Of a stretch of DNA of 64,000 bases, positions 14,101 through 58,420 are shown one piece after another. The stretch's first letter is position 1. The number at the start of each line of letters is the position of its first letter. Both the position numbers and the translations under genes were made by a program. The DNA comes from Paraspadella gotoi. Its lineage: Eukaryota; Animalia; Chaetognatha. The notes under the pieces are model-generated. The model worked only from the letters and a program-made list of their open reading frames with translations. It did not search any database and had not been told where the DNA came from. Location: the NCBI GenBank assembly GCA_051294375.1, contig CM119264.1:20302248-20366247 (forward strand). The letters are read 5' to 3'.

Positions 14101-17100
14101 TATGTTTTATTGGTTAATAATTAGCAAAAACTATTATAATTATGGTATGACATGATTCTTTTTATAGGAGGAAAAAGAAAATCGAAATATACCATTTCTG
14201 GAATGATGAAAACCTGAAATGTTGATGTCAGAGGAAAAGCTTAGGCTAAATCGAAAAATTTTTCCAAACTCAGTTTTTTTTTTTTTAATTGCAGTTGAAG
14301 TTGGTAAGTTAATTTTTGAGAAAATTCGATAACTTTTGTTCTAATTTTGCAAAATATAGACTCAATTCAAACATCTATATGTCAAACGATATTAGTAAAC
14401 CGAGAGCTTTAATTTAAGACCACTCCCAACTTTCTGCGACTTTTGGCTAAAAAGTTATTAATAAAAATATATTATTTTTTTCTTTAAAGTTAAATTTAGA
14501 AATTTTACTATGCCTTAATGATGATGATTTTTAAGGGTTTTTTCACTATTTGACCCACTTATCATCAAAATATTGAAAAACGCATTATACTTTGTGTAGA
14601 CAACTTTTTATGAGCTATCTGAATCCGTTCTTAAAAAATAAAATTTTTACAAAAATTTATTTTAATTGCCTATGCATTTATAAATATTTAAATACTTCAA
14701 TTTTATACTGTGCTTCACTAGTTATAAAAGTGATAGTAAATATTGATTAAGTATATGATGGACAAATGAATTTTATATGACAGAACTTCTAATGATAAAA
14801 AGGGATCAAATTTAACCCGCCTTAGTATGCATCCTACGCCTATGCCCTACTTCTCGCTCGCTCGCTCTCTAACTATGGCAATGAGTTTGTCTACTCTCAA
14901 AAAAGTCACTCTGGGCTTGGTCACCCCAGTGTGCTGCCTTGGGGGGGGATGTGTGGCGAATCCTAAATTTGCCTCCCATATAGCTTGGTAAAACTTACCT
15001 CGTCCCGTTGGCTTGGACAGCTAAGTACTCGTTCACCAACCGTGAGTTCTGGGTTCAATCCCCTCACGGTCACGCTGGTTAAAGTGTGATGGTGTCGGCA
15101 TAAGCACGCCAGTCACTGCAGGTCCAAAGCCCTGAGCGCCAGCTTTCGGGAGATGCCTCAAACCCCTGGCATCACACATATCCCCACGTTACCATCAATT
15201 ATCATTAAATAAATAAGCTTGTCCCTGACTTTGCTGGTTTAAGTCCTCCATCACACTTACAAGATAATAACATACTTAAGGGAGTGGTCTTTTCATACAA
15301 TTGAAATATTTTCCACTTCATTGATAGGGAAGCCAGGTACTCTGAGAGTGAATAAACGAGACTGTGAGAGAGTCTTGATTAAAAGCTTGCAGGGACCTGC
15401 TTTGTCATTATCTTGTAAGAGTGATGGAGGCCTTAAACCACCAAAGCCTGTCCAAAGTCAGGGGCAAGATAGCTTATTTATTAAATGAATGGATAATTTT
15501 TATATTGGTTGTACCAATTTCATAGCAGATTTCTGAAAGCTTTAAATCAAGACTCTCTCACAGTCTTGTTTATTCAGGTATGTTTTTTTAAGTTTTGCTC
15601 GGTTAAACGATTCCCAGACAGTATTTTTTCCCATAAACTCACGTTCGTTTACAATTTGCCCGAGACGTTTTCAGAAAATGGCTTAGTTGTAAACTTTAAT
15701 CAAAACAATATTCCAGGCGACGGGACAAGCGGATCGTTTTCGTTCGATAAAGACGATGGCCAAGCAGGTACTGCGGATGTTCGGACTCTCGAACAATAAG
15801 TATGAAACAGTTGAGATTTTAAAAAAATACTGAGTCACTTTCCATGATTATTTTCATCCCTTTCTCATCAACGACAACATAATCAACTACAACGACAATT
15901 ACAACAACAAATAGTGGCAAAAATAATTTGTGATTTTTTGGCAGGTGAATCCGTCTAAGGATATTTCCAGCTTCGTCTCTTCGCTCAATCCTGAGGAAAA
16001 AAGCAAAAAGATTTTCCAGCACAATTTCCAGATTCCGGATCCGAACAAAAGTCACGCGTCCGAGTCGCAAGTAAGACTAAAAGCCTGGGATCTGGCGGGA
16101 AAGATGGAGAGATGGGCGCGGAACAGCGCAGTAATGAAAATTGAAAAGGAGAGAAATGAGATGGTTGATATAAGGAGACGGGGTTACTTACGAAGAAGAG
16201 CTAGCTGTAAATGTAACAACTAATTGTGAAAATGACGTGAGGAAAGAAAAGAGCGTGAAACGCAGTGAGGAGGAATAGAGGCGCAGAGAACGCCTTTTTT
16301 TTTTCTTTTCGTGGAGACCAAATGTCGGAAAGGAGAGAGAAAAATGGGCAAGGGTGTAATTGTGAGACGCAGCGGAACTTCGCGATCGTTTCGCTTTCAG
16401 CGAAGAAAATGAGGTTTTTTTTTGATGGAGGCAGTTCCATCAGTTTTTATGGAAACTGGCTAACAGGGAAGCAAACGGATAACGCTGTTTTGTTTACAAA
16501 AAAAATATTTTATTTGTTATTAAATGCATAAAATTTCAATTGCTGCTGCCGAATTAACCCGAGCATTTACGTTTAATGTATAGCCTTAATTAAATAATAG
16601 GTAATTTAAGAAATTACCAGTTCGATTTGCTACTCACCAGAGAACATGAAAAGAGAGAGAGAAAGTGAAGGAGGGAGGGAGGGAGAAAGACCCGTTTGCA
16701 AACTCGTCCGGGGCACAATGACTGACTCGCGAGTAAAAATCCCTGATTAACAAATAACTTAAACTCCGAAGAACGGTAACCAAGTATGAACTTCTATGCT
16801 TAAGAAATCTGAAAGCCAAACTTGAAAACCACAAGTAATGAGCTAAAAAAGCTCAGGGGAAAAATCCTATACATCATGAGTCGGTGAGGTTTAAACATCT
16901 TTTTTTAAGATCGTAAAGACTTCGAAGTAGTGATTAAAAAAAAACATTACCCGGCGATCAGGCCCGAAACCTTTGAACCCAGTCCGGTCGGGCTTCTCGT
17001 CGACGTTGTCGTTGTTGTTCTCGTCGTCGTGGTCGTCGTCGTCTTTAACGACGTCGATGTCGTCGTGACTGTCGTTTCTCTTTATGAAAGTCGTTTCAGT

Positions 17101-17280
17101 CGTTAATGTTTGTCAAATGAAAACGGTCACATAAATACATATACAAAGAATAAGCCAAGTTCGCGAAAAGAATATAACAGACAAAAAATCGCATCGATGA
17201 ATGAGTCGAGGAAATGGGGAGAGAGAGAGAAGTAGAGAGATGGGAAAGAAAAGGGGAAGGGGAGACAGTCAGAAGGGGAC

Positions 17281-17342
<62 letters not shown>

Positions 17343-20300
17343 TAAGAGAGAGTACATTTCGTAAAAAACCTGGCCACTTACAATTTCTCCAATTTTATCC
17401 TTGAATCCGTCGAATTTCGAAGCTTTTTTTTCTCCAACTTTTTAGTTCGATATTTTTTTCCAACATGTGTTTATATTTTCAAGCCGGAAATAAACAAAGC
17501 TAAATAAATTAAAATCGTATATAAATGCCTAATTCAATACATTTTAAAACCAATTACCAAAAGATAAATTTTTTTCATCGTGAAATATTTGTAATACTGT
17601 TCTTGAATAAAGTTGAATATTCATCATAACGTTTTTGTCGGTATTCAATTTTTTTCCTAACGAAATAACTTCGCTCTAATTCCATCCTTTTCGTTTTTGT
17701 TTAGGAATTTTTGAAAGGTGAACCCATAGTAAGCCTTCTTACCCAAGACTTGGTTTCTGTCACTTTTGAGCAGCTGAAAAAAGATGCGGCAAACCTTCAT
17801 GCGCAGGTAACTCATTCTCTTTTGAATTATCTATTCTTTGTCGTAAACAATTGAGATTAGTTATTCGAAATATTTATGATAAAACGAGGCAATAATTCTC
17901 CTCTCTAAAAAAAACCAAAAAAACAACAAATATTAATTAGTTCTTTTCTAACTTTTGTTCCCTTTTTTTTCCGCTTTTATCCTTGGATTGAAAACGAAAC
18001 CAACAAAAACAACAACAAAAAAATATTGAAAAATAAACGGGAATAAAAAAAATTCATGGTCATAAAATCCTTTCTTCCAAATTAATGCGACAAATTCATT
18101 ATGTTGATGAACTCATAAAAAAATGAAACTGGAAAAAAATTAAACAAAAACAATGGATCAACTCTCTTCCTGGATTAAAAAAAAAACGGCCGCTTTGAAA
18201 ATAACTGAATTAAAATCCGTGTTTTTCTGATAAAAAAAATCAATTAAACAAAAATTATCAGGTGGACGAAAACGATTTCGTTCGAAGTGAATTGGAAGAA
18301 TCACTGAATCAGTGAGTTGTCATCGTCAAATATTGGCTTTTTTGCTTTGAATCGCTTTTCCTTCGACTTTTTAATCTTTTCCATCGATTCGCGATTTACC
18401 GCCGATTTTCTTTTCTTTCTTTTTTTTTCTTCTTTTTTTCTTTCGGTATTTTTTTTTTATACTTTTTCATCGAAATCGACAGCAATTGATTTCGATTCAA
18501 ATTAAAATGACTCGCATAGAAATTTTAACCACATCCTACGTCATTCCGCACCATTAAGTAACAGCATTAAGCTACAGTCGACGTCGTCCTTCGTTAGTAT
18601 GTGTTATTATGCGAGTACCCCTATAACCGCCTTAACCGATTTTATTGTGTGTCACAATACACATTTCTTATCTCATCAACCTGAATCGCTACTGCTCTTT
18701 CAACCGCTAAGTCGCATCATCCCGCATTCATCATTGCTGCGCCCGTTTTTTTTTGTCTTTCGTTGTCTTCGTCATCATTTCGCCCGTTTCTTCGTCAATC
18801 GTCTTCAGAAAGTCAATGGCACTAAGGAAATCTCCTTCAATAAACATCAGCAGTCACCGTCGTCTCTTCGCGTTGATTTTTAACGTTATATTTCCACGAT
18901 TTCTACATCGTTGTCGGTACTTTGGCTTTGGTATTAGGGGAGCGACTATCAGTTCAAGATCGACTAGTCTTTAATTCCTAATTAAAGTTAATAATACTAT
19001 AATACTATAATAACCGCGTCTGATCCGTTTTCGGTCGTCAAAATCCTTGTCGCGTCCCCACTAAGGCGTAGTAAAATTTCTAAATTTAACTTTAATTAAA
19101 ATTCTAAAAGTGAGTAACGAACAACATTATACTAATGAACATTTAGGTAATAAAAAAATTTATAATAAATTTTACAATTTATGCAGTAGGCCATATTTAT
19201 ACTAATACTAATCCAATAAATGTTAAAATTTCAAAACAGTTTTTTCTAAGATTTTTTTTGCAGATTTGAATTCGTCATAAAAAGTTGATAAAAAGAAATA
19301 GAACGCTTTTTGAAAAATTCCTTCATTAAGTGGGTCAAAAATTAGAAAAAGCTATATTTTAAGCTGAAAATTAACTTTTTATGTATTAAATATAGTTGTT
19401 TTAACCCACTTAAGAGGAAGGGTCATTCAGCATAACAATGCGTAATCATTTATGTATTAGAGCTAATACATCGAGAAATACATTATAGCCATCAGTATTC
19501 ACAAAAAAAATAAGTTTTTATTTGTATATATTTATATTTATATATATTTATATATATATAAACATTCTGTTTTCAATAATTTTTTTTAAATCGGTAAATA
19601 ACAAAATTGTCAAGTTAAATCGGTAAGCATATTTTTTAAAGATTTGTTTTTCAATCTGGTTATTAAAAAATTCTAGGTAAGAAGTTAAAACACAGTAAAG
19701 GGAAATTTAGAAGAGGAGAATTAAACAATTAATCTTGTTACTCTGTTAGTTTTCCTGTCATGAACAAAATCTTCAGTGAAAAAGATGGTAAAGAATTTTG
19801 AGCTTCAATGAATTTACACTGAATTTGAAGAGTTGCAGCCTAAATGACTACAATAATATTGATTTAAAAATTTGATTAGCAATCTTAAAAACAATTGTAA
19901 AAATGTAATAGAGAGACATTTTGATAAATGCGCTCCAGTTAGGAAGAATTCAGGGTTAAAGTTTAAAAATGATTCATTTTAAAGGATACAAGTTGAAATT
20001 TAAAAATGTCTCTCTATTACATTTTTCGAATTCACTAATAAATAATTCATAAAAAATATCAGGTGGATTGGCTTTTTCGTTTGACCAACAACTCTTCAGA
20101 TAGGTTTCTTTTATTTTATATTATAATTAAAACCGATATAAAATGGTGTAGAATGTATGGCCTATTTTGAAGTTCAATTGAATGACCCTTTTTCTTAATG
20201 AAATAATTTTTCAAAATGATTTATATTTTTTTTATCAACTTTTGTCGAGGAATTCAAATCTGCAATCAAAATTTTAAAAAAACATTTACAATTTTATAAA

Positions 20301-21559
20301 TATAGCCTACTGCGAAAATTAAAAAAACATAAAATTAATTTTTTTAACAAATTAATGTTCACTGATGGTATGTTGTTCATAATTGACTTTAAGAATTTCG
20401 GTACGTAACTTTCACTACGCTCTAGTGCCCACTTATATTTCTTTTGCGACGTCAATTAAAATTTAAACTAGAGAATTTCGCCGCTATGCCCCCCTCCTTC
20501 TCTGACCACGATAAATCGCTGAAAGAATTTACGCCAAGGATAACGTCGCATTTTTGACGCAACGACATCGAACGTCAGCGTCACCGACGACGACATCCCG
20601 AGCGCGCGTAACCCGTGATTTCGTGGTCTTGTCACCCTTCCGCCCCGGGGGTTGAGAAAAAAGGGGGTCGGAGGGAGTGATCCGCTTAATAATATTGAGT
20701 CACGTAGTAGAAGGAACGTGTGTCGCCTTCGGTCGAAAATGTGACGGTGGGCGTGGCAGAGGGGGAGCGCAAAGAGTGAGTGTTGAAGCAAAAGTTATAT
20801 TGCGAGTCTAAACGAGAGGTGGAAATGAGAGGACCAGAGGTGGTTTATAGTCAAGAGGGAGGAAGGGGGAAGAAAAACACGATGGGAATGCGAGAGCATG
20901 AAGGCATTGAAGGAGTGCGGCGTCCCTGACGTGACTTCGCGCCATCGTCGATACTCTTCTACTATTTTTTCACTTTTTTTATTATTTGTTCTTTTTTTTC
21001 TTGCTCACAAAATCTCGTCAAATATGAAGAAAATTGCGATTTCGTTATTTGATTATTTTTTTAAAAAAGCTTCGATATTGTCTTTTTACATTTTAAATTT
21101 TATCAATTTAATTTTGAAATTGTTCAAGATTTTTCAAGTTTTTAAAGCTTAGTTTAAATATAAAATTTTAAATTTTAAGATCTTACTAATTCATGAGGTT
21201 TTACAAAAGTCATTAAAAATTTTTTCATCCTTTTCCCGTCGCTTTCTCTCGTCAATCCGGAACATCCACGCCAAATCGAAAATTCACGAATGAACGCCAA
21301 TGCTGTCACACTATGAATCGATTCCAAAATCGCCGAAAATTGCATCGGATGGCGTACGGATTGGCCCCATCTGCTCCCCTCACCCACCCCCATTTCTCAA
21401 CCTCCCCCTTCACCAATCTCTCTCGTTTCCCTCGCTCTCCCTCGCTTTCCCAGAGTGGACGAGGGCAGCATCGCGTTTTATTCCTCCCAGGAAGATTTTT
21501 GTCGCCGAAGTCACGTGATTCGTTTGTCCAACATGGAGTTGGCCACAGTCAACGCTCAG
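9476..21559 (+). CDS. F-BAR domain protein resembling the FES/FER N-terminal region; internal exons only, first exon not found
   Basis: Phase-consistent exons: 9476-9584, 9722-9791, 10066-10218, 11605-11766, 12476-12556, 15717-15767, 15945-16070, 17705-17806, 18262-18311, 21454-21559. The coiled-coil translation includes AWEGLIAETENDAQSH, HNNYCLQIKATN..Y...LPSIM and EFLKGEPIVSLLT, which resemble FES/FER F-BAR and FX segments. No SH2 or kinase exons were seen. Confidence 0.72.
12631..15196 (+). mobile_element. Non-autonomous LTR element family B with tRNA-like LTRs; interior expanded by AT-rich repeats
   Basis: LTRs 12631-12888 and 14952-15196, PBS-like TGGGAGCCCTACTATC, a G-run PPT at about 14940-14949, and an imperfect TSD AATC/AATT. 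It splits a copy of the 270-bp repeat C. Confidence 0.8.
19059..20427. mobile_element. Non-autonomous CACTA/CMC-type DNA transposon
   Basis: Termini CACTA...TAGTG, about 270-bp diverged TIRs and 3-bp TSD CCC. Fragments of the same family occur at about 23140-24430, 47290-47590 and 52760-53130. Confidence 0.75.
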
Positions 21560-21804
21560 GTAAGTCAAACTGATTTTTCTCGTTTTCATTTCTTTTAAAA
21601 AATGACCTTAGAAAAAATATTTGTTTTGTTGCAACAGAGATTTTATTAGACATAAAAAAATTCTCACGCACATTGCATGGAAGATGAAGGCCGTTGTAGT
21701 TTAGGAGTATAAAAAATCAGTATAAAATGTGACAATAAAACTACGAATTAAATTTGAAACAAACTTATTCGCGGCGAACGGATTTTGTTCTTTTCGCGAA
21801 AACC

Positions 21805-51781
<29,977 letters not shown>

Positions 51782-54700
51782 ATTATAATGCCAGAAGTCT
51801 CGGCTTCTGGCAAATTGCGTCGGCAGGTGACGTAACGAATCTCGTGGGAGTGCATCTCAGACAGTTTCTTCAACCACAAGAGATAGCAAGCGTTTATTAC
51901 CTTTTTTTTTCGTGCCCATATCCATCGCTGGTTCGCGATTCGGCGAGCAAGTTATCAATGGTTTAATGTCCTTTTTAAGTTAATAAATAACGACGTTAAT
52001 GTAAAAGGAAGGGACTTTTTTTTTCTACTCTTTTTTTTTCAGTCAGGATGAATATCAACTGCAATGTTCTTCTGTTTGCAATTGATTAATATTTCTCGCG
52101 GATATAAGGGTGGGGTGGCGAAACGTTCGAGAATTTTTCGTTACCGTTTAAAAAATGCTAATTCGTTAGGACGGGTTTATAATCGGGGAACGCGTCGGGC
52201 TCGGACCTCACGTTTACTCGCTGGCGAAAATGAAGGTTAAGAATGCGAGGGCAGTGGTGAGAAAAAAGCTATGTAAACGAAACGAAATATAAAAACAGAA
52301 ACAAACCCGAAAAATATATAAAACAAGCTATTATGTTTGTGCATTTTTTCTTTGTTAATTTTTTTTTTTGGTTTTTATAGTTATTAACCTATTTTATTTA
52401 TTTCTTTCGATAATAGCCCCTCGACTCGAAACCTGATAATCTGCAACTATTTCACGGCTGGGGATCAGACTCTCTCTCTCCTTCACGTTCTCTCTCTCTT
52501 TCTCTCTCTGTCTTTGTTAGCATTATCCGACCAAATTTAAATTTTAATGGGAACGGCATTAAACAAATCTATTGTTGGTATTCATTTTTGTGTTGTGTTG
52601 TGTTCCAAACCATGAGAAAGTGAAGTGAAAGTTTGGAATCAAAATTTAGGCAGTTATATCTTGAAAACTATTATATTAGTGAATACTAATCTGTAGTTAT
52701 TTTTATTTTTTTACAAATAAAGTAGCCCAGTCAGCTTATTTTGTTATATTTTATTTTTTATATATTCAGATTCCTCGTTAAAAGTTGATAAAATCAAATA
52801 TAAATATTTTTCAAAAATTATGTCATTAAGTAGGTTAAAATTACAAAAAACTATTTTAAAGCAGGAAATTGAAATTCGGCCTCTTAAATATAGTTTTTTA
52901 CATTTTTAACAAACTTAATGTAATAATTTTAAAAAAGAATTATACTTCCTTATATCAACTTTTTGCAAGGAATCCAAATCTGATCTTAAAATTAAAAAAA
53001 TTGTATTTTGAAAATTTTAACTAAGGTATAAAATTAAAAAATAAATTTACCAAAGTATTTTTATTGATTTTTATTTTTATGTTTTATATGCTAATTTTTA
53101 ATTTTCTTAAATTTTATAATTTTCACATCACTCTAATGAGTAATTCACTAATTTAATTTAAATTTTTTAAAAATAATTTAATTTTTTTAATAGAGCTCCA
53201 TGTATAATGTAATTTATTTCAATTTGTTATTGTTAGTAAGTTTTTACTGTTTAAAAACGGTAAAATGGAAACAAAAAATCTTAAAAGAGTAGTGATCTCG
53301 CCAGAGAGAGAGAGACAGAAAGAGACAGAGACAGAGAGTGTACGAACATTTGCGGTTCGTGCGACTTCGAAATCGGGAATCTAATTTGATGCCATCGATC
53401 AAATAACTTTGTTTCCAAACATAAAACGTATTCTGACTAAATCTGGGAGCCGTAAAATAACGAAAATCACAGATGTAAATTTGGGATTTTGTATTGAGAA
53501 AAAAAGCTCGGAATAAATGGCAATAATAAAAGTTTTTAGAAGGAAAAAAATAATCAGAGAGAGAGAGAAAGATAGAGAGAAGTTGGACCGCCGCTGGAAG
53601 AAAAAATGAGAGAGAGAGAGCGACATATAATTAAAAGAGAGAGAGAGGGAAGCTTGACAGCCACTGGACAGCCGCTGGACAGCCGCTGGACAGCCCGCTG
53701 CAAAGTTTTTACACGAATCAGAAGCAGCGACGGAGAAAAAGAGAGAGAGAGAGCGACATATAATTAAAAGAAAAAATGGCGCCGGATGTAGCAAAAGCTC
53801 CTCCCAGCCCAAAGACTCGGGTACGCGCCCTGCTGATTCACACAAGAAAAGTAAAAAAAAGGGAGTCCTTGTGAACTGCTCGCGGCATCGTTTTTTACAT
53901 TGTTGAGCCCACAATATATATAAATTTTTTTTGGTAAAAAGAGAGAGAGAGAGGGAGAGAGAAAGAAGCTGGACAGACGCTGCAGAGCCGGAACTCGCTT
54001 TTAGACAAATCAGAAGAAGCAGTGACTGAGAAAAAGAGAGAGAAAGAGAGAGAGAGAGAGCGACATATAATTAAAACGTTTTTGTTTTGTAAATAAAACA
54101 TAAACAAATATGAATATTGATATGAAACATGACAATTTCAAAGATCTTGATGATTAGAAGCCATATCTAAATTTTCAACTACCTATGATATCACACTTTC
54201 AATAGCCATGATGGTAAAAAAGCGTGATGCCGACGACAACGACGACGACACAAAGAAGCTGAGCCGAAACAAAATCTTGCCAGGACGGGCTTTAGCAAAA
54301 AATGTAATTATAACTTTTTACAATTTTGATTTTTTATTGCCGATAATTTGCAAAAAATGGTAAAATCATTGTAAGATGATGATGATGAATTTTTAATGTA
54401 TTTATCAATTTTGACCCACTTATCAAGATAACTTTTTATAAGCTATTTGATTCTGCTTTAAAAATATAAAATTCAAAAAATTAAATAAATGTTAAAAAAT
54501 AATTACTAAGGCGTCGACCAATTTTAGAAAGTTTTGGTCCATTGAAAGTTTACTTAGAAATGTATAAATTCTCATTTGGGAAGGTTCTCAAATCAAACTT
54601 TTGACCCACCCCATTGACATAGATTGTCCCTGTCTTTCTCTCTCTCTCTCTGATTCTCTCCCTCCCTCTCTCCATCCCCTCCCCTCTTTTTCCTCGCTCA

Positions 54701-55280
54701 TCTTTTCGGGTCTCCCTCAGTTTAATTCGATCGATTGTTACTGCTTCTGTTTTTTTGTTTCAAACTTCACGTCGTCACGTGAACATCACGGGTGCTCCTG
54801 CTGCCCTTCCTGTCCTGTCTCTCGCGTCTACGGTCCCGCAGGATCGTCAGCGTCTCGACGCATAAAATGCTGCATTTAAATCTCGCTCGCTGTGTTCGTT
54901 TCATCCCATCGCGTTTACTGGTCTAGATATTACATATTGTTCACATTTCCCGCAAAAACCATATTGAACTCATAAAAGTTTTTTATCACCAACTACTTTT
55001 TTTTGCATTTCTTCAATTTAAGCATTCTACCGTCTTTGATTTATCTACCGTACTAATTCTTTTTTTTTCGGTTCAAACTTAAATATATTTATAAATTTAT
55101 AAAAAAAAGGATATTTTTTTCCTCTGATATAATTTCACGCCGAATCGCGTCGAGATAAGCAAAACAAATATGAAATGATTTTTTTTTAAATTTTTTTGGA
55201 CGCCAACGATTCGTTCCGGGAGCGATCGGAAAAAACAAAATAACTAATTATTTTAACGTCATCACATGCACAGAAAGTAT

Positions 55281-55426
55281 TATTATGAATAAATTTAATT
55301 TCATAATAGAGAAGGCAGTGCGAGTACCAAAAAAACCCTCTTTTTTGCCAGATATTTCGACTTAGAAAAAAAAGTTTTTTTTGTACTCGCACTGCCTTCT
55401 CCATTATGAAATTAAATTTATTCATA
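55281..55426. mobile_element. Palindromic MITE-like element
   Basis: About 50-bp near-perfect inverted arms TTATGAATAAATTTAATTTCATAAT.GAGAAGGCAGTGCGAGTAC. Confidence 0.65.
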
Positions 55427-56309
55427 AAAATAACTAATTATTTATTGAGATAATTTCGTCATGTCATATCTATTTGTATTGATTTTGTAATAAAGGTTTT
55501 TTCCAGGGATGTGGAGCTGGAGCTGGAGCTGGAGTCGGAGCTGCCGGAGGTGGCATATTTGGCCGGAGCTGGAGCTGGAGCTGGAGCTGAATTTATTTTC
55601 CTACGGAGCGGGAGCTGGAGCTGGAGCTGAGATTTTATCTTGGCCGGAGCTGGAGCTGGAGTCGGAGCGGGCAAAAAAAGTTTCAACTCCAGCTCCAAGA
55701 AAATTTTTGGAAATAATAAAATTGATAAAAATGAAAAATAATATTAATTTTTTTCAGCTTGATTAAAACGTTCTCTTGTTTGTTCAGTATAGATTTGAAA
55801 TCAAATCCAAATTATCATTTGCATAATCTAAATGTTAAGCCGTGACTTAGTAAAATATTTTTTCCTTTAAAATTAAACCTTTTTTTTAATTGCTTCATAG
55901 TGACACATTTACAATTATATTAAATAAGTGTACGTAAAATACATTTAACATTAACGTATTTTAAGACAAGTGCATCATTTTATGGTATTTATCTTAATTA
56001 TATTACGTATTTATGCCATTTATTTATTACACCTTTTAGTTTATTTTATAATATATTCGCTTCACTTCTAGTTTACCTTAAATTCATGACAGTTTCAGTT
56101 TACTAAACTTTACGTCAAATTTAGGACATGGTTATTGGTCATTGGTGACTGGTTATTTACATCTTTTTTATGTTAGTCAATTTACCCAAGTCAATTATAT
56201 CAAATTCATACTTATCATTTTTTAAATCATTTGTCCTTTAGATTCATATGTCATTTTATGTTAGTGTGTGAGTATGTCAGTACTTATTATGTTTGGTTTG
56301 GTTATTTAA

Positions 56310-56563
56310 AGGGTACGCTATGACAAACGCCTATGCCCTGCTGACTTTGGGTACATTATGACAAACCCCTATGCCCTGGGTACGCTACAACAAACTCCTA
56401 TGCCCACAACTCGTGCTCTATCACTCTCTCCGACTATGGTAACAGTCTTGTCAGACACCTCTCAGGCTTGAGGAACCTGAGTGATGCTTTGGCCCGGGGA
56501 TCCTGTGGCGGTATATTCACACCGCCTCACGTCCATAATCGTTCAGCCAAATCCATTGGCTTC
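56310..56563 (+). mobile_element. Truncated family D element (3' internal region plus LTR start at 56504)
   Basis: TGTGGCGGTATATTCACACCGCCTCACGTCCA is identical to the start of the solo LTR. The upstream sequence resembles the family B internal region at 14830-14950. Confidence 0.65.
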
Positions 56564-57751
56564 GTATGGACCATTTTATAGGATACCAAAATTTTAAAAA
56601 TTGAACAAAGCAAACTCCTGTAGTTATTACATAAAGCAATTGGTAAAAATATTTTCCAGCGATTTTTTAAAAAAAATTTTAACTTATATATTTTTTATTA
56701 TTTATCAAATATTTTTATAATATTGATTAAATAATGTTTTAAATCTTTTCTTTAGGTGCAGGACAGTAAGAAACAACTTTATATTTTTAGCTCCAGAGCT
56801 TTTATAATGCAATAATCATTATTTTTAAAATTATCTACTTACCTTGTTCATATTACTTTTTTAATTGATTTAATAATAATTTACTGAATAAATAGCAACC
56901 ATTTTTTTCTGGCTTAATGATTCAATCGCTCACAACTTCAAATAATAAAATTTAAATATCAAATTAATTAGCATATTTTGATAAATTTTTATATTGTTTT
57001 TATATTTGTTTATTTCTTTTTATTAATGCACTTATTTTATACAAATTAAAATTGAAATAATTTATATCTATTCAAAATATTTTTTTACATAATTTTTTTA
57101 ATAAAATGTATTTTAAAGTAAAAAAATTATCTAAAAATTAAAAAAGTGAGAAATGATGATTCATTTAAATTTAATGTTCTGCAAAGAAAAATTTATAAAA
57201 ATTGAATTCGAAATATAGTATCATAAATGGTAAGAACTTATCTTGGACATTGTTATCTCAGAAATAACATTATTAACAAAGTTCCGCACAATATATAAAA
57301 GTTAACTGACTGTACCATTGGGACACACTGTAGTTACTATTTCAGAGAGTTAAAAAGTCGAGAAATTTTGACCTTTTTTTTCCAATTTTGACACTGAAGA
57401 CAAAAAATTTATGATAACATGTTTTATATGTTTGGTCTAATTTTTTATGAAAAATCTGAAACAGTAATAAAAATTAAAGAAAATTTATTTTGAAAATTTC
57501 TTATTTTATAAAGATAATACTATATTGCATGCCATAAATACACGGGCTAAAAAATTTATTTTAGGTAATACTTGGCAGACTGGTAAGTCATTACTAAATG
57601 CTTCTTGTGCAATGTGTTTCATACTTGTGTAGTCAGTTGACACATACTGTCATATAGTGTAGGCTGGAACCCCGAACTCAGTATATTTCTTGTAATGTCT
57701 GGTTGTTTGTAATGAAACTTTGCACAGTAGTGATCAACCATAAAACTTTTT

Positions 57752-58420
57752 AGTCAGATCTGCTTTCAGCAGATCCCGACTCTATAATTCTGTTTGTCGG
57801 TCCGTCGGTCCGCCCCTCAATCTTGTCGGGCATTCATTTATATCATGTCAGAATATCGAATTATGATAATTTATGCAAAAAAAAACAATGTCCGTCCGTC
57901 CGTCTGTCTGTCCTTTCGTCCGTCTGTCCTTCCGTCCGTCCATCCATCCGTCCCACCTTAGCAAAAAACACCAATTACTCGTGATTGGATGGATGGATTG
58001 GAATGAAATTTTGTGTGTGGGTAGGGAAGTGTGTGATTGAGCTGGATATGAAGTTTCGATAGAATCGTCCGAGTGGAAATGAGTTTAAATGGAAAAAACA
58101 AAAAAATATATTTCACTATTTGAACACCAATTACTCATGAGTGGATGGGGCGATTGACTTGAAATTTTGTATTTGGGTAGAAAAGTGTGTGATTAAACTG
58201 GAAATCAAGTTTCGATAGAATCGTTTGAGTGGAAATGAGTTTGAATGAAAAAAACAAAGAACCTGTTTCACTAATTGATTATGCTTCTTTTTCTTTTTAT
58301 TTTAAATGTAAATGAGAGATGTAATAATTAATCAAATAATTAATTAATTAATTAATCAATTAGTCAATTAATTAATAAATAATTACTTAATCAGTTAATT
58401 AATCAATCAAAACAAACATT
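57752..58420 (+). mobile_element. HINE-like family 1 copy, 3'-truncated
   Basis: The 5' hairpin, (GTCY)n and two internal units are present; the 3' terminus is missing. Confidence 0.7.

Noticed and set aside
55459-55766. PA/WS/EL repeat ORFs
   Set aside because: Translations of the (GGAGCT)n subterminal array of the hAT element.
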